A program made the position numbers and the translations under genes. Positions 7,806 through 18,209 of a DNA stretch of 64,000 nt are shown one piece after another. The notes beneath the pieces are model-generated. The model had not been told where the DNA came from. It ran no database searches and worked only from the letters and a program-made list of their open reading frames with translations. Positions within the stretch are counted from its first letter, which is position 1. Each line of letters opens with the position of its first letter. Source of the DNA: a virus (taxonomy: Duplodnaviria; Caudoviricetes); IMG/VR virus record IMGVR_UViG_3300021431_000084. One strand, 5' to 3'.

Positions 7806-9185
7806 ATGAAACATACAAGTGTTATTGCAGGTGCGCCCTGCGAATTTATTGATGTAAAGCCTTTGAACCCACTTATTTCCAAATGTCATATTAAGGTTTG
7901 TTATGTAAGTGACAAGCCTAATCGTAATGGTAGTGTAATTACTAAAGAAGTAGCTACAAAAATGGCTAATTCACTCCCTGGTAGTCCTATTGTTGGCCTC
8001 TATAATGAGGCCACAGAGGACTTTGAGGAGCATAGTCGTTCCATTGAGATTTCTGGTGACAAATGGGAAGTCAAAGAACTTACTAAGCCTTATGGTTTTG
8101 TTCCTACGGACGCTAAGTGTTGGTTTCAAGATTTTATTGATGATGGAGATACTATTCATAAGTATCTTATGACAGAAGGTTATTTATGGACTGGTCAGTA
8201 TCCAGAGTGTCAAAGAGTTATAGATAAGGGAAACAATCAATCTATGGAATTGGATCCAAATTCTATTGATGCTGAATGGTCAGAAAGTAATAATGACGAA
8301 CCTTCATTTTTCATTATAAATGAAGCAATAATATCAAAACTTTGCATTTTGGGAGAAGAAATGGAACCTTGCTTTGAAGGTGCCACTATTAAAGGTGCTG
8401 ATTATTCTTTAATTAAAGATAATGAAGAGTTTAAGAAACAGTTATTCTCTATGATGCAAGAAATAAAGGATTTATTGGAAAATACTGAAGAAGGAGGAAC
8501 AGAAGATTTGGACGGAGATATCGAAATGATTGATGTTACTAATCCAGAGGCTCAGGTTGAAGAAACTGATGTTCAGGTTACTGATACAGAATTTGCTGAT
8601 AACTCTGGTGAACAGGCAGAAGTTACTCCATCTTCTGAGGATAGCGAAGGCGCTGGTTCCGAAGAAGATAGCACAGAAGGACAGGCTGCCGGAGAAGAAG
8701 GTTCAGAGGAAAACGATGAATCTGATGAAAATTCTGGGGGCGAAAATGATGAATCAGAAACCTCGGAAATTCAATATAATTTAGAAGAGATTCCTGAATA
8801 TGTTGCTCTTGCTAAAGAGTACGCAGAGTTGGAATCACGCTGTGCCGCACTCGAAGCGGAGCTTACTCCACTTAAGGAGTTCAAGCTTAACGCAGAAAAG
8901 AAACAGAAGCAGGCAATGATTGATTCATTCTATATGCTTTCTGATTCTGATAAGGAAGATGTTATCAAGAACATTGATACTTATTCTTTAGACCAGATTG
9001 AGGCAAAGCTTTCAGTTATTTGTGTTCGCAACAAGGTAAGTTTTAACCTTGATTCAGAGGAAAAGAAGGAAGAAGTGCCCGCTGCTAATTTTAATTTAGA
9101 CAGTTTAGCTTCTCCTGATGCTGCTCTTGAATCTGCTCCAGCATGGGTTAAGGCTGTCCTTGAAACCGAAAAAGAAATGGTATAA
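7806..9185 (+). CDS. prohead protease with acidic C-terminal scaffold region
   Basis: NRNGS, QSMEL and LCILG...PCFEGA motifs; acidic linker and coiled coil. Confidence 0.75.
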   Translation: MKHTSVIAGAPCEFIDVKPLNPLISKCHIKVCYVSDKPNRNGSVITKEVATKMANSLPGSPIVGLYNEATEDFEEHSRSIEISGDKWEVKELTKPYGFVPTDAKCWFQDFIDDGDTIHKYLMTEGYLWTGQYPECQRVIDKGNNQSMELDPNSIDAEWSESNNDEPSFFIINEAIISKLCILGEEMEPCFEGATIKGADYSLIKDNEEFKKQLFSMMQEIKDLLENTEEGGTEDLDGDIEMIDVTNPEAQVEETDVQVTDTEFADNSGEQAEVTPSSEDSEGAGSEEDSTEGQAAGEEGSEENDESDENSGGENDESETSEIQYNLEEIPEYVALAKEYAELESRCAALEAELTPLKEFKLNAEKKQKQAMIDSFYMLSDSDKEDVIKNIDTYSLDQIEAKLSVICVRNKVSFNLDSEEKKEEVPAANFNLDSLASPDAALESAPAWVKAVLETEKEMV

Positions 9186-9211
9186 AATTTTAAAAGGAGG
9201 AAAATACAAAA

Positions 9212-9997
9212 ATGTATAAGGATTTTGTAAAGAAAATCATTACTTATAAGAACCCTGCTACATTTGTAGAGTATGGCTACGGTCAGGTTGAGCCTAATCA
9301 TCTTTCAGCTCAGCGCACTGGTCAGATCTACGCTCAGCTCCCTGCTGCAGCTTCCATTGATGTACTCCAGAATGGTCAGTTTGCTAAGTACGACTATGCT
9401 AATGGTCTCGTAAACTTCACTGGCGCTGGTGAGTGGATGCTTGTTTATAATGAAATCAAGCTTTATAGAGGTGATGAGCAGGCTGATTGCGAGTTCGCTA
9501 TGAAGAAGGATGACTATCAGGCTAGACTTTATAGCCCAGCTTCTCATCCACAGGGTACTGCACAGACTAGATACTATAACGGTGTAGATTCTACTGGTGC
9601 TACTTCAAAGCAGATTAACACTGATGTTACTATTGTTTATGATGATGTAACTGCTGGTGACGATCCTAGAGAGAGCCACTACAACGAGGATCCTTTCCAT
9701 ATCCTCACAAAGAACCAGCCTAAGAAGATGCCTGAAGGCACTACAATGGTTCCTCGTCTTTTTAAGACAAACATCGGTGATATTTTCACAACTAATACTG
9801 TTAAGGCTAAGGTTGACGAGACTGGCGACGAGCCTGAGATCGTTCCATTCCAGCTTGGTGATACACTTACTCCTGGTACTGATGGTATCCTCGAGGACGC
9901 AACTGGTGCTGCTGCTGGTTCAATGATTTGGCAGGTAGTTAAGATCTACACAATGCCAGATGGTCAGGCTGGACTTAAGTTAATGAGAATCGCATAA
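9212..9997 (+). CDS. capsid-associated (decoration-like) structural protein
   Basis: between protease and capsid gene; high-expression codon bias. Confidence 0.55.
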   Translation: MYKDFVKKIITYKNPATFVEYGYGQVEPNHLSAQRTGQIYAQLPAAASIDVLQNGQFAKYDYANGLVNFTGAGEWMLVYNEIKLYRGDEQADCEFAMKKDDYQARLYSPASHPQGTAQTRYYNGVDSTGATSKQINTDVTIVYDDVTAGDDPRESHYNEDPFHILTKNQPKKMPEGTTMVPRLFKTNIGDIFTTNTVKAKVDETGDEPEIVPFQLGDTLTPGTDGILEDATGAAAGSMIWQVVKIYTMPDGQAGLKLMRIA

Positions 9998-10013
9998 GAA
10001 AGGAGAAATTAAG

Positions 10014-11135
10014 ATGGCTTTAGATAAACAGAATTTAGTCGCTTTGGGTAAGATCGTTGCTAAGGCAGATTCTTCAACTCCTTCAACTTATAGTTTTGGT
10101 GGACAGAATCTTTCTTATGACGCACTCAATGAGACATTTAGAAAAGAAATGAATGAATTAGCTGGTACATATGCTCTTTATAGAGAGAACAAGAACCTTA
10201 TCTTCTCTATTATTGAAGAAGTTCTTGATGATGTACTTCCTAAGGTAGTTACAGAACAGTACGACAAGTTCGCTGAAGTACGTACATTCGCACAGGGTGA
10301 CAAGATCGTATTCCGTAGAAAGCTTGCTCGTAGCTCAAGAGCAAAGCAGTTTATTACAAGAGTTGGTCTTGCTGGTATCTATGAGGTATTCAAGCTTGAC
10401 AAGTCTTGGGAGACTTTTGAAGTAAGAACATCTGCTATTGGTGGTGCTGCTCAGATTGGATTTGAGGAGTTCCTCGATGGACGTGTTGACTTCGCAGAAG
10501 TTACACAAATTGTTCTTGATGGTATGAACGAACTCATTTATAGAGAGATTGGTGAGGCTCTTAAGGCTTCTATCAACCAGCTCCCTCCTGCAAATATTCA
10601 CGTTTGCAACGGTTTCGATGAGGACGCTCTCGACAGACTTATCACTATTGCTTCTGCTTATGGTACACCTACTATTTACTGCACTTACGAGTTTGCAGTT
10701 AAGATGGTACCTCAGGAAGCTTGGAGATACACTGAGGCTATGAAGGACCAGCTTTGGAAGACTGGTAAGCTTGCTGACTACAAGGGAACAAAGGTTGTTA
10801 TCCTTGAGCAGGGCTTCGAAGATGGTACAAACTCAACTAAGGTTATTGACCCTGGTTATGCTTACATCATCCCTACTGGTGCTGACACTAAGCCTGTTAA
10901 GGTTGCATTCGAAGGTAATACAATTATCGACGAGTACAACAACAAGGATCGTTCAAGAGAACTTCAGGTTTACAAGAAGGTTGGCGTAACTTGCATGCTC
11001 GCTAACAACATCTGCGCATTCATCGACAGCTCACTTGCTGGTAAGATGTCTACTGCTGATATGGTATCTCGTAGCCTTGACATTCTTGACTACACCGGTA
11101 CTAACCATACTGTTCACAAGACAGTACATAGCTGA
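10014..11135 (+). CDS. major capsid protein
   Basis: 373 aa, strong SD, high-expression codon bias, position, terminator downstream. Confidence 0.85.
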   Translation: MALDKQNLVALGKIVAKADSSTPSTYSFGGQNLSYDALNETFRKEMNELAGTYALYRENKNLIFSIIEEVLDDVLPKVVTEQYDKFAEVRTFAQGDKIVFRRKLARSSRAKQFITRVGLAGIYEVFKLDKSWETFEVRTSAIGGAAQIGFEEFLDGRVDFAEVTQIVLDGMNELIYREIGEALKASINQLPPANIHVCNGFDEDALDRLITIASAYGTPTIYCTYEFAVKMVPQEAWRYTEAMKDQLWKTGKLADYKGTKVVILEQGFEDGTNSTKVIDPGYAYIIPTGADTKPVKVAFEGNTIIDEYNNKDRSRELQVYKKVGVTCMLANNICAFIDSSLAGKMSTADMVSRSLDILDYTGTNHTVHKTVHS

Positions 11136-11147
11136 TAATAAAAATCT

Positions 11148-11183
11148 TGGGGGATGGGGTTTAATCCCCTCCCCCATTTTTTG
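11148..11183 (+). terminator. intrinsic terminator
   Basis: G-rich/C-rich stem followed by T tract. Confidence 0.8.
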
Positions 11184-11215
11184 TTATATTTTTTAAGAGA
11201 TAAAGGAGATAAAAT

Positions 11216-11791
11216 ATGGAGACAAATACAAACAAAAAGTGTTCAGTAAAGAACAGAAGTATTGGAATGGTAAGTTATAAGATTCCAGAAGCAAATATCA
11301 AGAGAAATATTCAGCCTGGTGAAACCATCGTAGTTGATTACGACGAATTGGTTAAGTTGGCATATCAGCCAGGAGGCAGAGAATTGATGGAGCAGTACCT
11401 CCAGATTGCTGAAGTTGAGGCAAGAAAAGACCTTGGACTTAAGACAGAACTTGAGTACGACATGTCTGAACAGGATGTTGTAGACTTACTTACAGTTGGT
11501 TCACTTGATCAGTTCCTTGATGCTTTGGATTTTGCTCCAGAAGGAGTAATTACACTTATTAAAGCACTTTCTGTTAAGTTACCTCTTGAGAGTACATCTA
11601 AGAGAAAGGCACTTAAGGAGAAGACTGGTTTTGACGTTGATGCGGCCCTTGCTAATTCGGAGCCCGACAACGAGGACGAGGAAAAGGCAAAGTCTGAAAC
11701 ACATACACGTCGTGTTCAGCCTGCTGCTACAAGCAGCACCCCTGTCCGCAGAACTACTCCAAAGTATAATGTTGTAGATAAAAAAGAGTAA
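11216..11791 (+). CDS. head-module hypothetical protein
   Basis: SD AAGGAG; follows the capsid gene. Confidence 0.7.
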   Translation: METNTNKKCSVKNRSIGMVSYKIPEANIKRNIQPGETIVVDYDELVKLAYQPGGRELMEQYLQIAEVEARKDLGLKTELEYDMSEQDVVDLLTVGSLDQFLDALDFAPEGVITLIKALSVKLPLESTSKRKALKEKTGFDVDAALANSEPDNEDEEKAKSETHTRRVQPAATSSTPVRRTTPKYNVVDKKE

Positions 11792-11813
11792 TATGTAATT
11801 AAGGAGGAATAGT

Positions 11814-12389
11814 ATGGAAGAAGGAACACGTTTTTCTACCATCTATAACCGCTTTCTTGAAAAAATTACTGATGATATGTATTCGGAGTTTATGACACCG
11901 CAAGATACAATTAGAGATTTGCAAAGCCTTCTCAAAGATGCATTACCTGGATTTGAATTTCCGAGAGTTAATTTATTTGATTATACAATTAGTGAAAGAA
12001 TTATTCCAGCAGAGGAAGTTACTGATGAAGACTTTGTAATTAGAGATGTTGATGAAGATCCAGTCCCACAAGTTGTTATTGACGATTCTTACTTCGCGGC
12101 GGTACTTACCCCGGAAGAGGTAAACATTTTGGCGATTATTATGAAACAAGGTTGGGTTCAGCGCCAATTGACCTCTATTGAAAATACTCGTATGAAATAT
12201 TCTGGTGCAGATTTTAAAATGACTTCTCAGGCAAATCATATGGCTAAACTTAAGGAATTGCTTGACGAGTCGAGAAGAGACTCCTTGCACAATCAGAGAT
12301 TGTACAAGAGAAGAAAATTAAAGGACGATGGAAGTTATAGATCAAACTGGTCTATACTCCGTAAAAGTAATGCTAACGAAGAAATATAA
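11814..12389 (+). CDS. putative head-tail adaptor
   Basis: position; EVNILA...W...DFKMTSQANH pattern of SPbeta-like neck proteins. Confidence 0.55.
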   Translation: MEEGTRFSTIYNRFLEKITDDMYSEFMTPQDTIRDLQSLLKDALPGFEFPRVNLFDYTISERIIPAEEVTDEDFVIRDVDEDPVPQVVIDDSYFAAVLTPEEVNILAIIMKQGWVQRQLTSIENTRMKYSGADFKMTSQANHMAKLKELLDESRRDSLHNQRLYKRRKLKDDGSYRSNWSILRKSNANEEI

Positions 12390-12669
12390 TCTGGACATTT
12401 CAGAAGAGAGTATTGGAACAAATGTTTCACGTTTAACCAACCAAATTTGGAAATTAATTCCTATGCGTGAACATGAAGAAGATTGGATAAAACAACTTGA
12501 TACTGTTCTTGTTGAGTTAGTGGGATTAAATGAACTTTTCTTTAGTCCTAATTTCTTACAGATTTTAGCTAAGTTAGAAGGCTTGCGTTCTGAGGAAGTT
12601 GAATTTGGTATTTATAGAAAAACTGTTTTTGAATGTATTAGTTTATTGAGAGATTTTTATAATGCCTAA
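12370..12669 (+). CDS. neck-region hypothetical protein
   Basis: overlaps both neighbours; start MLTKK inferred. Confidence 0.6.
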   Translation: MLTKKYNLDISEESIGTNVSRLTNQIWKLIPMREHEEDWIKQLDTVLVELVGLNELFFSPNFLQILAKLEGLRSEEVEFGIYRKTVFECISLLRDFYNA

Positions 12670-13786
12670 CAAAAATAGTTCTATCAAACGCATGACTAAC
12701 AGACTTGGATGGGATCTTGGAGCAAATCATCCACAAGGTAATCCGAATGTAGGTTTAGAAGGAATGGATAACATGTCTGACGTTCTTGTAAAGAATGGCG
12801 GATATGGTCAACAAGAAAGAATGATATTTGACAAACGCAGAACTTTTGATCGCGTTCTGCGTAGCTCTTACCAAGCCGCAACTATTCGCAGGGTACAGAG
12901 CTTAGATCCTATTGAAAGTTCATCTAGTTCAAGAGTTTATGACCCCAACCCACATGAATATTGTAAGGCGTTAATTAACCCAGACAAGAACAAGATGGAC
13001 TATGACGATAAAATTGTGTCTATACACAATGAAGAAGATTATCATTCCGGTGATATATTTGAATGGGTTGGAACTAATACTTTTTGGCTTATTCATTTGC
13101 AAGAATTAACTGAATTGGCTTATTTTAGAGCAGAGATAAGAAGATGTAATTATGAAATAAAATGGGAAGATGAAATGGGTATAAGACATTCTACTTATGC
13201 CGCAGTGCGTGGCCCAGTAGAAACAAAAATTGATTATATCCAAAAGCATGGTATCAGTATTGATAATCCTAATCATTCTTTACATATTTTAATGCCAAGA
13301 ACCAAAGAAGCACTTGAATATTTTAGACGTTACAGTAAGTTTTATTTGCAAGGAGAGAATGAGGGTTCGCCGCAAGTATGCTGGAGAGTTGAGGCGACAG
13401 ACTGGATTTCTACTTCTGGTATACTTGAAATTACTGCGGTTGAATATTATGCAAATGAATTTGAAGATGATTTGGATCAAGGAATCGTTGGTAGTCTTAT
13501 TATGAACCCACCAATTGATCCTAATCCACTTCCAGAGCCAACTGAGCCTATTATTGAGGGAGATACTTTCATTAAACCTAAAATTAAGTACAGTTTTGTA
13601 TTCACAGGAGAGGTTATTTCTGGTGCCTCTTGGTCTATTGTTGAAACTAACTGTCCCGCTAGACTTTATTTAGATCTCAGCAATCCTCTACAAATTCAAA
13701 TTTGTTGGGAAGCTATTTATAGTGGGCAATTTACTATTAAATATGGAAAGTATGAGAAGATAATAGTTGCACAGTCATTATATTGA
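12662..13786 (+). CDS. putative head-closure protein with Pro-rich linker and C-terminal beta domain
   Basis: position; GDIFEW...WLI...IRRCNY pattern. Confidence 0.5.
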   Translation: MPNKNSSIKRMTNRLGWDLGANHPQGNPNVGLEGMDNMSDVLVKNGGYGQQERMIFDKRRTFDRVLRSSYQAATIRRVQSLDPIESSSSSRVYDPNPHEYCKALINPDKNKMDYDDKIVSIHNEEDYHSGDIFEWVGTNTFWLIHLQELTELAYFRAEIRRCNYEIKWEDEMGIRHSTYAAVRGPVETKIDYIQKHGISIDNPNHSLHILMPRTKEALEYFRRYSKFYLQGENEGSPQVCWRVEATDWISTSGILEITAVEYYANEFEDDLDQGIVGSLIMNPPIDPNPLPEPTEPIIEGDTFIKPKIKYSFVFTGEVISGASWSIVETNCPARLYLDLSNPLQIQICWEAIYSGQFTIKYGKYEKIIVAQSLY

Positions 13787-13803
13787 GATAAAGGAGATAT
13801 TAA

Positions 13804-14394
13804 ATGAAAATTGAAGGCTTTTTAGAGCCAAAGTCCTCTTTTTTATCTGTTGAAAAAGATTTGGCTACTATAACAGACAAGATTATGAAGTGTGATAGAA
13901 TAAAGCGTTTGCTTTACTACACAACTCCAGATGCTTTGGATCAACCTAATCTTACTCCAGAGCAGGAAAAAACTTTATTTCCAAAAAATATAAAGACAAT
14001 TCCGAAATTATATGTTGATGGAAGTGTATTAAACTACATTATTATTAATTTTGATAATTTTATTCCAAATGCTACTAATCCAGAATTTAGAGATAATGTA
14101 ATTGAATTTGATATTGTTTGTCACTTCGATCAGTGGCAGCTTAAGGATGCGAAGTTACGACCTTATAGAATTGCTGCTGAACTTGATACGATGTTTGATG
14201 AAGCGCATTTAAGTGGAATAGGTAAGACAGAATTTGCGGGAGCCACTCAAATTATCCTCACGGACGAGTACGCGGGACTCTGCTTGATGTACCGCACGGT
14301 TCATGATGGTGATGATGAAAAGAATATGATTAACCCTAAAGAATGGGAATCTTATATTGAGGAGTTTAATAAGCAGTATAATGAGCGCGATTAA
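13804..14394 (+). CDS. putative tail terminator/completion protein
   Basis: position; FDIVCH...RPYRIAAELD. Confidence 0.5.
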   Translation: MKIEGFLEPKSSFLSVEKDLATITDKIMKCDRIKRLLYYTTPDALDQPNLTPEQEKTLFPKNIKTIPKLYVDGSVLNYIIINFDNFIPNATNPEFRDNVIEFDIVCHFDQWQLKDAKLRPYRIAAELDTMFDEAHLSGIGKTEFAGATQIILTDEYAGLCLMYRTVHDGDDEKNMINPKEWESYIEEFNKQYNERD

Positions 14395-15130
14395 CACTAC
14401 TGCTCTTGCTACTGGAATTGATATAGTTATTCCTGAATGTCAGCTTATTTTACATCAACCGACTTTACTTGAAATTTCCTATTTGGGAAGAGAAAAGTTT
14501 ATGTCCGGTATTTATGCACTTAACATTTCTAAAGAGTCAATTAAGTTTGAGGACGAAATTGATTTAAGTGAAGTTTCAAATTTTCAATTATTTATGATGG
14601 TGATGGAAGACGAAAGAACTTTGGATAAAAAGCAAGCCGTTCAAGAGGTTCTAAGTTTAATATTTCCTAAATATAAAATAAGCTTTACACCACGTTCCCT
14701 AATGTTTTATCAACAAGAAATAGGAATGATTACAGTAGATGATAGTAATTTTGATGCACTACAAGAAATAATACAAATAGTATTTTGCTTAAATCATGGT
14801 AAAGATGAAGAAATTCAATACAATGTTAATGAAAATGATACAAGAGCAAAAGAAATTCGAGATAAAATAATGCGTGGTAGAGAAAAAGTCGCCGCTATAA
14901 AAAGTAGAGATGCTGGCGATTTTATATTAAATTATATTTCAATTTTATCTGTTGGTTTAGGAATATCAATGTTAGCTTTTAAAGAATATACATTGTTTAT
15001 GCTTTGTGACCAAGTAGAAAGATTTGGAATGTATAAAAGTTGGGATATTGATATTAAATCTCGACTTGCGGGTGGTAAGATCGATCATGATCCACCTGAT
15101 TGGATGGCAAACATCCATAAAAATATTTGA
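14381..15130 (+). CDS. putative tail assembly chaperone-like protein
   Basis: SD GAGGAG before MSAIN; immediately upstream of the tail tube gene. Confidence 0.4.
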   Translation: MSAINTTALATGIDIVIPECQLILHQPTLLEISYLGREKFMSGIYALNISKESIKFEDEIDLSEVSNFQLFMMVMEDERTLDKKQAVQEVLSLIFPKYKISFTPRSLMFYQQEIGMITVDDSNFDALQEIIQIVFCLNHGKDEEIQYNVNENDTRAKEIRDKIMRGREKVAAIKSRDAGDFILNYISILSVGLGISMLAFKEYTLFMLCDQVERFGMYKSWDIDIKSRLAGGKIDHDPPDWMANIHKNI

Positions 15131-15178
15131 TAACACATTCGTGTTTATATAAAAATTTATTAAGGAGGAAAAGACGTA

Positions 15179-16153
15179 ATGAAGTATGGTATTCGTGAAA
15201 TATGCGAAGTAGTTCTTCGTGCTAAAAACACTATGGCCATCGGTAATAAGATCTTTTACAAGGGTGAGCCTGTTCTTTACTTCGACACACTTAAGACTTC
15301 TTCACTTGAAGGTAGTTCTTCAACAGTATATGCTACTGGTGGTCGTGGTAATGCTAGATTGTTAGCATGGGATGGTGATAAGACCACAACTTTCACAATG
15401 GAGGATGCTCTTATTTCACCTGAAGGTCTCATGATTCTTGCTGGTGCTGGTCTTCTTGATGCTTCAGATTCTAAGCCAGTTGTTCAGCATATTACTGAAA
15501 CAATTGCTAAGGCTGACGTAACTCTTGGAGCTACAGGTGGCGGAATTCAGAAGATTACCCTTTCTAACATTCCTAAGACTGATTCAACTCAGGATACAAT
15601 TTATGTCATGCTCATGAAGGATGGAGAGATTGTTTCTGAGCCTTATATTGGTACTGCAGCTGGTGCTACTTCTAAGGATATCTCTGTTGCAGCTATTGGT
15701 TCTGGTAGAACCCGTGATGGTCAAGCAGTTAATTATGCTATTGCTACTTCTATTACTGCTGATATGTTTGATGCAGTTCTTGTAGATTATTACACAGAGA
15801 AGAAGGCTGCTTCTGGTGCTCAGCAGATTGAAATTTCTGCCGATTCTTTCGGTTCTAACTTCTATCTTGAGGCTTCAACTCTCTTCAGAAATGAAGATGG
15901 TCTTGATATCCCTGCTGAATTCATCATCCCTAACTGTAAGGTTCAGTCTAACTTTACATTCACTATGGCAGCTACTGGTGATCCTTCAACATTCACATTT
16001 ACTCTTGACTGCTTCCCTGATTATACTAGATGGGATCCAACTCACAAGGTACTTGCTGCTATTCAGGTTATTCCTGATGCTGGACTTGATGCTCAGTATA
16101 GAACACAGACAGATGCTGGTGACTCTCTTGACGATCTTACACCTGCTGGTTAA
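15179..16153 (+). CDS. major tail tube protein
   Basis: YATGGRGN, FIIPNCKV...FTFTM...GDPSTFTFTLD; high-expression codons; terminator after. Confidence 0.8.
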   Translation: MKYGIREICEVVLRAKNTMAIGNKIFYKGEPVLYFDTLKTSSLEGSSSTVYATGGRGNARLLAWDGDKTTTFTMEDALISPEGLMILAGAGLLDASDSKPVVQHITETIAKADVTLGATGGGIQKITLSNIPKTDSTQDTIYVMLMKDGEIVSEPYIGTAAGATSKDISVAAIGSGRTRDGQAVNYAIATSITADMFDAVLVDYYTEKKAASGAQQIEISADSFGSNFYLEASTLFRNEDGLDIPAEFIIPNCKVQSNFTFTMAATGDPSTFTFTLDCFPDYTRWDPTHKVLAAIQVIPDAGLDAQYRTQTDAGDSLDDLTPAG

Positions 16154-16190
16154 TTAACTCACGTTAATTTTTAGCGAAAGCTAATTAAAT

Positions 16191-16224
16191 TGGGGAGTTC
16201 GCTATATGCGGACTCCCCTTTTTT
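16191..16224 (+). terminator. intrinsic terminator
   Basis: GGGGAGT...ACTCCCC stem followed by T tract. Confidence 0.8.
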
Positions 16225-16253
16225 TATTATATGCGGAAAGGAGGAAAAGGAGA

Positions 16254-17513
16254 ATGTCAATTGGAAATAGACGTAATGATATAAGTTCACTTACAAACAG
16301 AACTGATATTTTATATAATCAGGCTGCTTTATATTACACTCGAAAAAAATCAGATTTTTTAGTGAAGATAAATAAAAATAGACAAGAACAAGATTTTAAT
16401 ACTGAACAAAAAGAACAAGCTTTAATAGAAGGAGCATATAATTTAATAGCTAGATTGTGGCAAAACATAGATACTTATATTATAAACAATTATGAAAGAC
16501 AACAAGGACAAACAACTGGAGAAAAAGTAAGTAATTTAATAAAAGAAATGCAATTAGAAGCAAAAGATGGTAAATTAATAATACCTTCTTATAATGGAGA
16601 AGAACAAGCAAAAGGTATGAAAATAATCGTTAATATGTTTAAAGATGATAAGGTTAAAAACGATTTGATAAATGCTACTCAAAGGAAAAATACGGAAGAC
16701 AATGTAAACAATACTATTGAGAGTTTGTTGGGTTTTTTATACGAAGGATTTTTACCAAATGCTTTTAATTTTTTAGGAAAAAAGGGGGCAAAAATTTTAG
16801 ATAATACCGTAAAAGGTTTAATTGATTCTCTTTCATTTGCCACAACAGGAGATAAAACAATATCGCAAAGTACTGCAACCAAAGCTGGAGGTAAATCAAT
16901 TTCTCCAGATATTGCTACTGGACTTACCAATGCTGAACAAGCAGATTTAACTTTTAACTTAAATACAAAAATAATTAAAAAATTAATGAAAGTGAACTCA
17001 ATACAAAATGATTTTGACTCTGCTTTATATGATAAAATCAATGATGGAAGAGAAAATATTTTTGGCTTTAGTTTAAAACGTTGGGATATGTCAAAAGCAA
17101 GTTCTACTCCTTACACTCATTCAAGTGTTTTACAAAAAACTATAAATGATTTATATAAACAAAGTGGCAGAAAAAGTTGGAACGTACAATATGCTTATGC
17201 AACAATGCAGTTAGAAATGGCTAAAAATATTATTGCCTTAATGGGTCCAACTAATATAGGTATATTTTCTGGTGCAAGGTTTCATTGGATGGATGATATT
17301 ATACATCAAAAAATGTTAATTATGCACGTATATTCTGAAAAACAAAGAGATGGAAAATATGGCCCTGAAGCAATAAAACCTTATATAGAATCTACTAATG
17401 TTTATCTTTTGAATAGGCAAAAAACAGGTTTTAAAGAACAATTAAAAAAATTAAAAATGAAACAATATAAAAATAAAGAAGGCGAAATTTATTTTGGTAT
17501 AAGTTTTGGTTAA
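16254..17513 (+). CDS. AT-rich protein, possible PD-(D/E)xK-fold nuclease
   Basis: SD AGGAGG; LGFLYE...SPDI...GFSLKRW motif order. Confidence 0.45.
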   Translation: MSIGNRRNDISSLTNRTDILYNQAALYYTRKKSDFLVKINKNRQEQDFNTEQKEQALIEGAYNLIARLWQNIDTYIINNYERQQGQTTGEKVSNLIKEMQLEAKDGKLIIPSYNGEEQAKGMKIIVNMFKDDKVKNDLINATQRKNTEDNVNNTIESLLGFLYEGFLPNAFNFLGKKGAKILDNTVKGLIDSLSFATTGDKTISQSTATKAGGKSISPDIATGLTNAEQADLTFNLNTKIIKKLMKVNSIQNDFDSALYDKINDGRENIFGFSLKRWDMSKASSTPYTHSSVLQKTINDLYKQSGRKSWNVQYAYATMQLEMAKNIIALMGPTNIGIFSGARFHWMDDIIHQKMLIMHVYSEKQRDGKYGPEAIKPYIESTNVYLLNRQKTGFKEQLKKLKMKQYKNKEGEIYFGISFG

Positions 17514-17534
17514 TAAAAAAATTTTTGATATAAT
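17506..17534 (+). promoter_or_regulatory. sigmaA-type promoter inside the tail module
   Basis: TTGGTT-N17-TATAAT with TG extension. Confidence 0.6.
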
Positions 17535-17567
17535 ATACTCATAGAGAAAAAGGAGGATATATAAAAC

Positions 17568-18089
17568 ATGGCTAAAGTTAGTTTTATCAAGTTAGGTCTT
17601 AAGAAGAACGAAGAAATTAAGACAATTAAGTTTAATGATATAGAGATTGAGGTTAAGCAATATTTACCCGCTAATGATAAGTTAGCTCTTATTGGAAATG
17701 TAATTAACAATTCACATTCTACCAATTTTGCTAACCCAGTTTTGATTGAGGTAATGGGTAGTCTTGAGATTATCTATGCTTACACTAATATCAATTTTAC
17801 AGATAAGCAGAAGGAAGACCCAATGAAGTTATATGACCTTCTCAATAGTTCAGGTCTTATTGATGCGATCGTATCAGCTATTCCGCAAGTTGAGTATGAA
17901 ACTGTAATTGATGGTATTTCTGATACTATTGAAGCAGTTTATGCTTACGAGAATTCTGCTATGGGAATTTTGAATACAATTAGTAAAGATTATTCTAATT
18001 TGGAACTTGATGCAACAAAGATTAGTGAAAAGTTATCTGACGAGAAGAACCTTGGACTTCTTAAGGAAGTTGTAACCAAATTAGGATAA
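17568..18089 (+). CDS. hypothetical protein before the tape measure gene
   Basis: SD AAGGAGG; own promoter and terminator. Confidence 0.7.
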   Translation: MAKVSFIKLGLKKNEEIKTIKFNDIEIEVKQYLPANDKLALIGNVINNSHSTNFANPVLIEVMGSLEIIYAYTNINFTDKQKEDPMKLYDLLNSSGLIDAIVSAIPQVEYETVIDGISDTIEAVYAYENSAMGILNTISKDYSNLELDATKISEKLSDEKNLGLLKEVVTKLG

Positions 18090-18125
18090 TGTATATCTTT
18101 TAATTTTCAATATAATTGAGAGTTA

Positions 18126-18162
18126 GGGGAGGAGAGTTTCACGACTCTTCTCCCCTTTTTTT
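18126..18162 (+). terminator. intrinsic terminator
   Basis: GGGGAGGAGAGT...ACTCTTCTCCCC followed by T tract. Confidence 0.75.
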
Positions 18163-18209
18163 ATTTGCAAATAAAAGAAGAAAATATGAGAGAAAGGAGA
18201 GCAAATAAT

